Made by a program: the position numbers and the translations under genes. This document shows positions 25,598 through 38,344 of a stretch of DNA of 64,000 nt, piece by piece. Each line of letters opens with the position of its first letter. Within the stretch, counting starts at the first letter, position 1. The stretch is from Octopus vulgaris (lineage: Eukaryota): assembly GCA_951406725.2 (NCBI GenBank), contig OX597837.1, positions 48,050,001-48,114,000 of the forward strand. The letters are read 5' to 3'. A model generated the notes under the pieces. The model was not told the origin of the DNA. It worked only from the letters and a program-made list of their open reading frames with translations, and did not search any database.

Positions 25598-27306
25598 TAA
25601 TAAAAATAGATACAGTTAAGTTAGCACCAAGTCCATCCTTTCAAGATCGAAATAACTATGAGTTAAGAAATGCTGACCACTAGGTAAAGAAAATTTAGAT
25701 TAATTCGATTGGCTATTGGTTTGAAATTTAAATCACAAAAGAAAATTATACGGTTGGTTAGTCAGGGAACGCCAATATTCACACACGCATCTACAGATCA
25801 ATCGCACATACACACATAGTTATATGTATATACATACACTTATACACATACATAATCACAAGCAACAACTAGCACTTAGATAAACAAAAAGGGAAGCAAC
25901 TATGTTAACATTTAGTCCTTCAAAATTATAACTGAGCCTCAATAACAAAAAAAGAACCATCCATGCATTCTATAAAATATTTAATTTAGATATAAATATA
26001 TTTTTAAATATCAGTATGTTACTAAATCAGATAATTATTTCATGGGTAACTTAAAATTTATAACACCGGTTTGTTGCAGAGTAAACATACGGTTGTTAGG
26101 TTTATCGTAAGTTTGTTATGATTTTAAGTACGCTAAATTATAAAATATAAAATATAAAATATATATTAATTTAAATATTATAAATAAGTCACTTATTAAC
26201 TTAATAAATATAGTGCCATAATATACCAGTTTAGGCATTAAAGAATAGAAGGGGAAGTATTAATGTAAACGCTTATGAGAACATCACAGAAATTTTAAAT
26301 AAATTTTATATTATAAAGACTTAAGATGAAAAGAGATAAAATAAATAAGAAGGAATAAATACGAAGGAATAAATACGGTTATACACATAATTATAAGTAC
26401 AAACTAGTATATATGTATTCATATATTATTAAAATTAAATAAAAATAAATGATAGATATGTATGTATAAAACTACACCAGTATAAGTAAATAAGTAAAAA
26501 ATAAATAGGTAACAAATTAGATGACTTGATATGTATGTAAACATCTACACTTAAATAGGCAAATAAATAAATAAATAGAAGACTAGATGCAAAGATTGAT
26601 AATATTACAATAAAATGGAAAATAAATAAAAATAAATAAAGTGAATATATATGTTATATTGTTGAAAGTAAATATGTATGGAAGGATAGTTTAAAGTACA
26701 GATCCAGAGGACTATAGATATAAACTAAATATATGAGGCTGGTAATAATTATAAAGCAAAATGCATGTAAATGAGAAAATGAAAAAAATGAAAAAGGTTT
26801 ATCAGTGAATAGCATAAGATACAAATTAAGGTGAGTACAAAAAGACCAAATATATAATAAAAACCTTCCAAATAAACACATACAAAAAACCTATAATCTC
26901 AACCTAAACCCACCAAACTCACAAAAGGCTCTCATATATTACATATTATACAATATCATTACATTATCCAGAGCTAGGTATCTAACCAAGATATACATAT
27001 ATACTATGCAATATACTATGCAATATTGGAAAACTTCAAAAATCACACATTACAAGGCAAATACCAAAATGAATATATTATTTTATGTCATATTGCATTT
27101 CTCTTAAAAAACAAACAAAAACCCACATACAAAAACCAAGAAACCAATAATACTAGACACATCCATTAATTATTATACAAATGTAGCTATAAAAATTATA
27201 AAATTATGAAATTTATAAATTGTATACTTTAGAATTATAGAAGACCACAGGTATATTTAGTTAAAGAAGGGAATTAAAAAATTAATAATAGTGGAAGTGC
27301 TAAGTT

Positions 27307-29107
27307 CTATTTGAATCTAGAAAAGGTGAACGGTAGCCTATGAATACAAAAGAAGTTTTTTTCATTAATGTTGTTAATAATTTGCCGACCCGCTTTAATA
27401 ATGAAGAAAATTTCATTAATACATAGAGAGCATTTTTTATTTTTTCCATTATACACAGGTGCTGAAGTTAGTATTTTCCAGTTTAATCTAAAATCTAAGT
27501 TCTTACTTTTAAGTTCCCAAATGTATGCACTTAGCCCTGTAGAGTACATTCTATTTTTATTCCTAAAAGTATATCTGTGATAATTCCATCTTTGTTTTAT
27601 GCTATTCATAGTTGCCCCGATATACACCCTACGACTCAATTGTGTATCTACAGTGCATTGGTAAACTACCTCCTTCCTGAGGCATTGATTACCAAATACA
27701 CATTTATTTTTATTTCTGCAATTACAAAGATTAACAGAATGAGGAAATCTAAGATTGGACACCACCCCTATACTACTATTCACATTATAAGTGTTACAAT
27801 TGTTATCATCATCCAAACCCAAAATCAACGAATGAGTTAATTTCACATTATCGGCTATATTCCTATCACTAGTACTAGTATTGGTAGTAGTAGTATGATC
27901 TATTACATTTATATTATCTCTGACAGGTATGGTGCACTCATTATTAGTAAGGAGGTTGTTCCCATTTGTTCCAAGAAAGTTTCTATTCCTATTATTAATG
28001 AAGAGGGGCAAGTTTTCCTGGTCTAAATTCAATTTTCTATCCTTATAGAAGTGATCCAGTTTCTTGTTATTAAAAGAGGAGATAATGGTGGCTAGATTAT
28101 GAGTAATGCTATATCCCACTCTAACAGTATCGTTGTTAATTAAAGGACTAAATTTATTCCTATCCTTACCAAAATGCCTAAAAATAACATTATGCAAAGC
28201 TCTCACTATGTTTGTTTTAATCTGCATTGCATACGGGATAATCAACCAAAGAGTATCCTTATCAGAATTAGGATTGCCTATAGAATTAATGTTATTTGTA
28301 AAAATCCTATTCGTAGACCAACTCATAGGATTACTATTCTTACCACTGTCATTGTTATATCTATCTATATCAATATTACCATGGTTATTGCGTAAGTAAA
28401 CTTTACCATTATCATGTCTACCATAAGTTTTAATTCGTATATTATTATTAATATTACTACTATTACCCGTATGTTTAGATCTATTTGAGCTACCGTTCAC
28501 CTTTCCAAGGTTAACGTCACTTCTACATTTATTATAGGTGTTATCATATATTCTATTTTTACTATTCTTATGTATATTGTTGATTATCCTAAATCTATTT
28601 GTGTTGTTCCTGATAGTTCTACCTCCATTAGGGGGTTCCCCTTAGGTATAAACCAAATCTTACTTTTATATCCTGCCTTAATCAATGCTGCATTGTATCT
28701 ATCACAGTGTTTGTTAAAAATTTCCTCGTTTGAGGATAAACTAGAAATTCTCTGACTAATGCTACGCACTAGTGCATTTTTAATTTGAGGGGGTGATTAC
28801 TAGAACGGTTAATGTATATTAGGTTAGAATTAGGTTTAATATAGGGTTCATGTAAACCATTAGTAATGTTACAATTAACATCTAAATAATTAGCAGAATA
28901 ATTTTCACTTTCAATGATAATGGATAGGCCGAAGCTTTTAAAAAATTTATTTATTCTTTTTTTCAGAAGATCTAATCTCCTATTTGATGTATTCCTAACA
29001 CAAAATAAGGCGTCATCCCTGTATAATCCACCTTTTAACTCAGGGAATTCCCTACTAAAGTTATCTAATAGATACATCCCAACTAGATCAGTCACCTCCG
29101 CAGAGTC
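27307..29107 (-). pseudogene. Penelope/Naiad RT C-terminal half plus GIY-YIG endonuclease, split by two frameshifts
   Basis: ORFs 28769-29107, 28584-28769 and 27307-28641 join into one frame if one C is added to each of two C5 runs (about 28789-28793 and 28631-28635). Confidence 0.85.
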
Positions 29108-29125
29108 CATATATGTATGTATATG

Positions 29126-29218
<93 letters not shown>

Positions 29219-29219
29219 G

Positions 29220-29250
<31 letters not shown>

Positions 29251-29652
29251 GTATATGTATATATATATATGTATATATATGTATATATATATGTATGTAT
29301 ATATATGTATATATATATGTATGTATATATATGTATATATATATGTATATATATATATGTATATATATATATGTATATATATATAATAATAATGTGTGAG
29401 CTAACAATCGTACTGACTTTCATGGGAAACATGTATTTTTGTGGTTGAAACCTTTTGGATTAACTGGTGCTAGAGTGAGCCATATAGTGACCACTCTCTT
29501 ATATTTATTTTGTAAAAATATTATAATATATTATAAAATATTATAATAATCCAGGTTTCTCGGAGCACTAGGCCACTTGGTGTTGAATAGATATACTATT
29601 AAATTAGTATCTAATTCTCTCACCCTTATTAATTAATGTATATATATATATG

Positions 29653-29757
<105 letters not shown>

Positions 29758-29779
29758 GTATATATATATATGAGAGGGA

Positions 29780-29836
<57 letters not shown>

Positions 29837-30672
29837 TGTGTGTATTTGTTGGATTATTAGAAAAGTATAATTTTTTCCCCCGAAACTCCAATTTTACGCC
29901 TAGAAAAAGGTGTGAGTCTGAGTTTGCTTCCTCTGGATTTGACCGTTGTACTCGGCGTTTATAGATTTGCGCATCTTTGTCTTGGTGTGTCTGAGAGAGT
30001 GTTTTCCTCTCCGTTTATAAAATATTAAACAACAATGGATGTATTTGATTGGTTTGTCATAATAATAATAATAATAATTACAAAACATAACAACAGATTT
30101 ATGAAATAAAAGAATATAAACCTCATGCTGGCTGATACGGGTTTGGAGAGAGGGAGAGAGAGGAGAGAGGAAGAGAATGGAGAATCTTATGACGATGAGA
30201 TGATGGTAGGGACGGAATAAAGTTGCTTTGGGAAGAGTGTTTTGCCCCGAAGGATTTTCTTGTTGGCTAATGATGAAAATTGTCGTCTGTTATTTACACC
30301 AAACCTCGCTACATAGATATTATTTATTGAAACAGGGCTGTATGTGTGTGTGTGTGTGTGTGTGTGTATACACGCACACACATATGTATGTATGTATGTT
30401 TGTATGTATGTATACTAAGAACGGCAGACAACGTCTCTACTAATCTCGGCTTTGTTCGCGTGAAATGAGAAGAGGAAAAGAAAGAAATGGTAGAAAGAAG
30501 AGGGGGAGAAAAAACAGAAATGTATCAAAAGAAAAGAGAAAAGAAAAATGGAGAAAATATGGAAGGAAGTGAGAAAGGAAAGAAAAACACAGAATAAAAC
30601 AATTGTTTTTTTTTTGTAATCTTTACTGCCAATGTTAAGCCATATAAGATATAGGTTTTTCTTCTTCTTTTT

Positions 30673-30749
<77 letters not shown>

Positions 30750-31289
30750 CAATATTACTATGCTATTTCGTTCTTTTTGTACGTACCTGCCGTGTGTGTC
30801 ACATTTACTTCAAAGAAGAGAATGGTAAAACGAGAGAGAGAGAGGAAGTTAGAGAGAAAGAAAGAGAGAAAGAGTAAGTGGTGACTGCGTTCGTTTTGTG
30901 TTTTTAAATGCTTATTACATCGCAAGAAAAGTAGATACATAGACATACACACATTGTAAAATTAAAAGTGGGAGAGAGGAGAACACAGGAAGTGAAAGAG
31001 AAAGTGGGAGAGACCGTAGATACTTAGATCGAAAGAAAAGTTGATACATAGATACAGCAAATACTGGATGTCACTTTCACTTTTCTTTACCTTACGAGGA
31101 TAAAATTAACTCGCAAGTGGCTGAGTACTTCACAGACATGCTTATCATTAACGTAGTTTTCAGGGAGATTCAGCCTCACACAGAATATGACAAGGCTGGC
31201 CCCTTTTCAATTACAGCTACAACTCATTTTGGCCAGCTGAGCAAGATAAACCTTCAAGTGGTTGGGAGAAACTTTTTAAAAATCCTATA

Positions 31290-34200
31290 TAGGGGCAGGA
31301 AAATCTTTTTAGCCGTTATGTCTGACGGAAGGTGACCACACCTGCTCATCGTCTAAAAGTCTCTGTGGATTCCACAGACTCCACACACACTGAACCTTCC
31401 CTCAGATGGACCGTCTGACCAATAGAACGCATCCTTTTGACACAAAAACTCCCCAGAAGTTCCAACTTGGTCGGATGGGGACTAGGACAAAGCTCAACAG
31501 AGAAGACATGCGTTTGCCTAGTCTGCTTTGACAGACTAAGCTCATGATCTAATACCGTTCCAATAGGTGGCTATTTACTCTGATCAAGGCGGCGAGCTGA
31601 CAGAATCGTTAGCGCGCCGGGCGAAATGCTTAGCTGTATTTCGTCTGTCGCTACGTTCTGAGTTCAAATTTCGCCGAGGTCGACTTTGCCTTTCATTCTT
31701 TCGGAGTCGATAAATTAAGTACCAGTTATGCACTGGAGTCGATGTAATCGACTTTATCCATTTGTCTGTCCTTGTTTGTCCCCTCTATGTTTAACCCCTT
31801 GTGGGCAATAAAGAAATATATTTACTCTGATCACAATGAAGATGCCTCTGTACATGAAACGATCCATACATAGAAGATAGGACCAAAACCGCCAACTCAC
31901 GATAGTTGACCCCATCGAAAGCTTTTGTTCGATTCAAATTCATCAAAGCTCCACCTCAGCTGGATTTATTTCCTATCCTCTTTATGATGTCCTGTATGAG
32001 TAGAGATCATCGTCCATAGATCTGGTTAGGTTTGTGCAGGTTTGCGTTTTCTTCGCCAGAACTTTAAACTCTACATTTAGCAGAGTTATATGCCGGAAAT
32101 TATCGGTTATATTTCTCTTGATCGTGTCGTTCCTCGGTCACCACCAGTTTCCGATAATAAAACCTGGGAATTCCTCACTTCTGCTGTCAGTTGCATTTTA
32201 CGCCTGCCGCCAAAACGTGGCCAAGAATCCTAAGCCACCTGAACCAAGTGATCTGCGCCTCTTGCCCCATTCCGTGTCTTCGCTGCAGTCATCGGCTTTT
32301 CGCATCACTCTGCATCGTCCGCTGAGAGCTGCCACAACCATCGCCCTTCCACCGCTAACCTCGAACAGTTAAGTGAATCATTTCGTGTAGCATATACTTG
32401 TCTTGGTCTATCAAAGACCGAATTGCGAATTTGTTGTCCCTCCATCTTCTGAACCCATATAACGGTTTTCGATCCCTCCTATCTTAGAGTACGCATTAGT
32501 TCTGATGGTGCGGTCTTCGTGTTTTGCGTTGAAGAAATGGTCCAGAGTGGTTCTCGTTGGTCTGAATCGCCACTTCTCATTTACTAACTCTCTCCCCACC
32601 AATCTATTTTTCTACACTTATTTCTTGACTAACGCTTAAAGATCATACCCTAATCTTCTCCAGAGGTTCCTACCATTAACTTTGTTCCCGTCAACTGCCG
32701 CTTCTAATCCAGTCGTTTTAGGTCTTACACGTCAGAAACGATACCTTGAGACCCCAGTAGCCGGTTCCTTGTCTATGAGTTCTACCTAAGACCTCTGTAC
32801 AAGTCGTTACGCAGTGATCTATGAAACCAGTGAGTTGTAATCGGGGTCATCCTAAACTCTCACTGTCCATTGGCCTAATAAACAGCCGATTTAAATTCAA
32901 TCTGGACAATCCGATGCAATTATTCCACATCCATACTGGAATATTTGGAAAATCTATTCGGTACTTATCAGGCAGTTGGCAAAGCCTGGGTATGTTTGCA
33001 AGGATTTTACCTTTCCCTTCTCTTTGTCCTTAATAATCCCATTATGCGTTTAAAATACCGCTTCATTAGCCTACTAATATGAAAGAGCAGACTGTTTCCG
33101 TGAATATTTTGAGAAGCCTGAAGAAATCATTGTACTTGCCTTCCCTCGTCGGGGCATACAGGACCACCTTCGCTGCCGTTTACGTCCAGGATTTCACCGA
33201 CTTACCGCTAGAATCTAAGACAGTCCGTACCTCAAGGTCCGAAACAACACTGCACTCCTCTCTACGCTACTTCAGCTCGACCTTTGAAGGTCAGTTTCTC
33301 CCCCAGCTCATTCCTGGACAAGACTGCGCACCCTTCTCATTACCAGTTCCGGTCCATCTGTGAGTCCATCGGTCCAGCGCTTCACAGCGTTTACCGCCTG
33401 AAAGGGCCTGCCTTTCCAGGTACCAAATTAGAAGCTCCTGATTTGTACTGGTTGATTTTAGCCTCTTCTACCGTCTCTTAGTATTTAGAATGGTGCCGAT
33501 TGTTTTCACTTCGATGGGATCCGACACCTTGATGATGACGTCATCTGTATACACCGACACGGCCCTCCCGAGTTCGAAAAGGATGTCCTTCAAGCGTTCG
33601 ACATCAAACAAACTTGGTCAAAGTGCATTCATCGTGCAACCCTCATAACCTTCCATATTTTAGCTGCTGTTATCGGCAGCGCCTCGCATCTTTTGCCGAG
33701 AACCATGTCAGGTGGCCGTCGTGCCAGGTACTGCAGTTCACCGCTGTTTTGATATATCACCTGCCCGAACGGTCCGGTGAAGTGCTGCTGGAAAGCTGTC
33801 GTCACACGCGACCGGATTTGTTTTATATTAAAGAAGAAATAGTCGATAGCCATTCTTGCCTCGAGCACATTGGTTGCAATACAGTTACTAATTGCCTCTT
33901 ATTCCAGTCTGTTTCTTTCTATTGTCAGTTCTTTACTAAATGCTTTATACTAGGATCTAATTGACGATTGCTCTCGTCAATTGCCGCTTCACTAATTCAG
34001 TAATTCACTTGTCTGTGCATTCAGCTTCCAGTTGCCAGGTCCTATCTAAGCTAACAACGCAGATCACAAATTTGTGGCCAATGTAATCGACCAGTTTAAA
34101 ATGTGAACACCCTACACTATTTCTATCTGCCTACCTAACAAAAGTCTCTAGATTCAATCCGGATGACACGCACTGATTGTTCCATGTCGACGCTAACACA

Positions 34201-34560
34201 TTTGTGAAATTTCATCTTCGGGACCGGTCAGACAGTTGGATTTGTCTGAGTAGGGTTTGAGGCTTTTGCGCGCCATCCCCCACCTATATATTTTCGCACC
34301 CCGCCTTGGCGTTTAAAAATACTGTTTCAGTGTCCACGGAAAGGTCGCGGTGTCGGAACCTAAACGGTCATTAGTCTAAAGGATCGCCTTCACTGGCGTT
34401 CCACCGATTCGGGGCCAAGAGGAGTGCCTGTACCTCGAGATCTAAGGATTTCCGGAATGAAACTGCCACCCGATCCCGACAGAATACGAGATGAGTAATC
34501 TTTCTAAACGTCTCGACGTCAAAGAGAAATTTCCCTCTGCTGCGTCCACACACTTTCTGT
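31290..34560 (-). mobile_element. Highly decayed Tx1/L1-group LINE ORF2
   Basis: Collinear remnants: APE (VAVSFRKSLDL about 34450; TWNN about 34180; GHKFV about 34070), linker TAFQQHFT (about 33790) and RT VSVYTDDVI (about 33535-33560). Many stops and frameshifts. Confidence 0.7.
31587..31818 (+). mobile_element. Full-length tRNA-derived SINE (OK-like, Meta-domain-like body) with 15-bp TSD
   Basis: A and B boxes (GAGTTCAAAT), body GTCGACTTTGCCTTTCAT..GTCGATAAATTAAGTACCAG, and TSD TATTTACTCTGATCA at 31572-31586 and 31819-31833. Nested in the Tx1-like LINE. Confidence 0.9.
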
Positions 34561-35101
34561 GTCACTTCCGCTGGTTTTATCAATAATGGAAGAGAGAGAG
34601 AGCGCGGGGGGAAGGAGAGACATGGAGGTGTGGATGGAAGATATCAATCGATCTGCAATTTATTACCCTTTTTACCTCCACACACACACACACACGTGTG
34701 TATGTGAGTTTGTGACAGCGGACATGAAAAAAAAGAAAAGTGCGTGTGTGCATGAGAGAGAGAGGGTGGGGAGAGAGAAAGGGAAAGAGAGAGAGAGATG
34801 AAGGAGGAATGGAAAGCGGGAGAGAGACGGAGAGATAAATGGGGGAGGTATGCGCGCGCGTGTTCATATTTTGTGTATGCATGTTTATTGTTTTTGTTAT
34901 AATTTCAACTTGTCTTTGTTCTTGTTAATCCGAAGTCGCCCCTGAACTAAGCTTTCTCTCTAAAATTACGTTCCCCGATCTGTCCTTTCTTTGGAAATTG
35001 GTAGGCTGTGATTTCAGCCAGATTTGGTTGGCATTTCTTGAGACCACAAAGAAACTACCGCATTACGTTTCTCTCTCTCTCCCCCTCTCTCTCTCTCTCC
35101 C

Positions 35102-35132
<31 letters not shown>

Positions 35133-35961
35133 TCTCGTGTGTGTGTTGTATTTATTAAACTAACTATACTTGCCTCTAATTTAAGCAAAATTTGGGGGTG
35201 GGGCTCAGTCAATCACATTCACCTCAGTATTTGATTGGTACTTTATTTCATCGACCCCCAACGGGATGAAAGACTAAGTTGACCAAAGTAGAATTTCAAC
35301 CCAGAACGTAAAGCTCCCTGACTAAAAACCGCATTTTGACCGACGCACCGATGCATTTGTCTAATGTGTGCATTCGTGTTTGCGATGGTGTTTATATATG
35401 AACGTGCATTTGTTTGTATTTTGTATGGAAGTGTGTTCATATGTGTCTATGTTGATGTGTGCGTTTAAGCATGTTTAAGTGTAAGTATGTGTGTTTGTCC
35501 AATAAAAACTAGAAATAACTGCAAAAAACTTTTTGTACAACACCGTCCACTCCTACCATATTCACTAAATGAGACACGCACTGACACACACACACACACA
35601 CGTACGCGCGCACGCACGCACACACACGGAATTTCTGAAACAAATCCTATATAATGACAATGATTATGATTGTTGTGATGTGGAAGACGACGATGGCGGT
35701 GGCGGTGGTGGCGAGGAGGAGGAGGAGGAGGAGGATGAAAGAAACGGAAACTACAAATGAAAAGGACAACAACAGTAAAAGAAAACCCCCTCTCTTTGTC
35801 ACCCCCTCTGCAAAAAAAAAAAAAACACCAAAAATTATTAAAGAATTGCTTTAAAAATCTGAAACGAGAAAAAGTAATTTAAAAGAAAGAAAACAAAAAC
35901 AAGAGGACGAAGGATGTTTTTTTTTTCAGCAGAAAGACGAAAATGAATAAGAAAAGAATTG

Positions 35962-36110
35962 GAAGAAGAGGAGAGAAGGAGAAAGAAAGAGAGGAATGAG
36001 TGAAGAAGGGGAGAAAAGGAGAAAGAAAGAGAGGAATGAGCGAAGAAGGGGAGAAAAGGAGAAAGAAAGAGAGGAATGAGCGAAGAAGGGGAGGAATGAG
36101 CGAAGAAGGG
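35962..36110 (+). repeat. Purine-rich 40-bp minisatellite, about 3.5 copies
   Basis: Unit GAAGAAGGGGAGAAAAGGAGAAAGAAAGAGAGGAATGAG(C/T). Confidence 0.85.
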
Positions 36111-36460
36111 CCAGGGAAAATGATAAAAAACGAGGTGGGGAAAAATCAGTTTAATGTGAAATTAGAAAGACTATGAAGTTAGAGAGAAAGCAATTAGATA
36201 GATTGAGAAATTTAAGAGAGAAATTATTAGCGAGAATGACTATAAAGGGAGAGAGAAATAATGAGAGTTGGATGTAGTGAAATTAGGGAGAAATGAGAGA
36301 GAGAGAGAGAGAGAGATTAAAATTAAAAAGTGAAATTACAAAGAGAAATTAGAAGAGTAAAGTAAGAGAGAAAGAATTACAGTTAAAAGGAGAGTAAAAT
36401 GAAAGAAGAAGAGAAAGAGACGGAGAGAAATAGAGAAAGAAAAGGGAGAAATGGAGACGG

Positions 36461-36630
36461 CGGGAGGGCGGAGCGATTTTGATTACTTTAGGCATTTTCC
36501 CTGGCCGCATCACTCATTTCATTCAAGCTTGGGGGATATCCGAAGGGAATTCCTAGTGCCCAAACCTAGTATAATATAATGTCAAAGCAATCAAGCATGC
36601 GTGAGGAAGTGTCACAGCGCAGGCGCACTC
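36461..36630. promoter_or_regulatory. Candidate cis-regulatory island
   Basis: GC box GGGCGG (36466), kB-like GGGGGATATCC and GGGAATTCCT, ETS-like GAGGAAGT (36603) and NRF1-like GCGCAGGCGCA (36617-36627), in unique sequence between low-complexity tracts. Confidence 0.35.
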
Positions 36631-36714
36631 ATTTTTTCACCTCCTCTTTTCCTTATCTCACCCTCACATCCACCCTACTTCCTCCCACCACCTCCACTTT
36701 GCTCTCTCTCTCTC

Positions 36715-36790
<76 letters not shown>

Positions 36791-38259
36791 CATATATATA
36801 TATATATTCACGTGTGTGTGTGTGTGTGTCTTATGTTAGGAGATGAGTGCATGTGTGTATATATTTTTGCATGCCATTGTTTCGTATTATGAGTGTGAGT
36901 AAGAGTTCAACATTACGCTTAACACCTCCTACCCTACTCAACTCTTTAATTCACTCTCCCCACCCCTCCTTCATGCGCTTTCTTCTTCATTCAGCTCCAC
37001 CTCCCTCCTTAAAGTAAATCGTCTTTTCTCCTCCTTCTTTCTCTCTTTCTCTCTCAGCTCCACCTCTCTCACAAACACAACACGTTTAACCTCTCTAATT
37101 TTATTTCCTCTCTTTCTCTCTCTCTTCCTTTACTGACTTATTAGGGATCCTCCCCCTCCCTGCTATCCACTTTCTATTCATTCACTCACGTCTTCCACTC
37201 AACACCCACTCCTCTTCTTTTCTACTCTCCTTCTCGCAGTCGGTTACTCTCTTATGTTTTCCTCCTGTCTTTCACTCAACTCTTCATTCACACTCTCTCT
37301 ACTTCCCATTTCTAGCAATCTCACATTATCTTACAGTTTTCTATTCTCTCTCTCTTTCTCTCACTCACACACACTCTCTCTGTGTTTATATATATATATA
37401 TATATTTGTGTGTGTGTGTGTGTGTGCAGCTAAAAGATAGTTAATGATGGTGGGTGGGAGGGAAAATAAAGAGAAAGGGGAAAAAAGGTAAGGTGAGTGA
37501 GAAGTTGAGAGTAAAATGAAGATGGGAAGTAGAGAGAGGAGGAATGTGAGTGAGAAAGGAAGAAGAAGATATTTCTTTCTCATTTCATTAGTTTTCAGTC
37601 TTTTCACTCACGGTTCGATCTCCGAGGCTGTCATTCACTCAGCCACCCCTTAAATCTTCTCCCGTTCACTCATATTTCTCTCTCTCTCTCTTTCTCTCTG
37701 CCATTCTCCTTCCGTGGCTCTACACCCTATTTCTGTTATTCTTCCCTCCCCCCGACACCTAAATTTTCCACATTCACTCCCTTATCTCTACCCCCCTCTC
37801 TCTCTCTCTCTCACCACTTTTAAACATGTTCGATGTCTCAAACTCTTTTCTTCCCAATAATTTCATATAATTTCCCTCTTTCTATTTCCTTCCAGCCATA
37901 AAGCAAGTTTGCTTCTCCCCCACTTTTCTCTTCTCTCTACTCAACATTATCCTTCCACATCTCTTTAATCCATTCATTTAATCTCCTTCTATCTCAACTA
38001 ATCTCTATTTACCTTCTTTCTCTCCTCCTCTCTCTCTCTCTTTACTCTACTCTGTCTTTATCACTCCTTTCCTCCTCTTCCTTATACTCATTACCTTTAC
38101 AACTCTCTATTTTCCTATTTCTCTTATTCTCCTCATACTTACACCCATCACTGCTCAATCTTCTTTACAACTTTCTCTGTACTCTCTTCAATTTTCTTTG
38201 ATTCTCCCTTTTACATTATACACATCTATCTATCTATCTATCTGTCTTATCTATCTATC

Positions 38260-38304
<45 letters not shown>

Positions 38305-38344
38305 ATACATTTTCCTCTTCTCCTTTGCCTTCTTTCTTCCTTCC

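Larger units (their letters stand above)
24720..29109 (-). mobile_element. 5'-truncated Penelope-like retroelement, Naiad-type, with about 2.6 kb AT-rich 3' UTR, flanked by (TA)n arrays
   Basis: RT motifs [23 protein letters not shown] and NYLDV; thumb YINRSSNHP; CNCR..C..C linker; GIY-YIG (VVYQC...VYIGAT...KQRW..H...CSLCINE). Long (TA)n arrays lie at 24314-24715 and 29110-29385. Confidence 0.9.

Noticed and set aside
27307-27760. Possible selenocysteine recoding, as reported for some Naiad elements
   Set aside because: All conserved Cys positions here are ordinary Cys codons and no in-frame TGA occurs.
31587-31680. tRNA gene calls for SINE heads
   Set aside because: A and B boxes are present, but there is no complete cloverleaf and each head runs into a SINE body.
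34055-34080. Apparent plus-strand DHKFV motif suggesting an inversion in the Tx1-like LINE
   Set aside because: CACAAATTTGTG is palindromic, and the motif reads collinearly on the minus strand.
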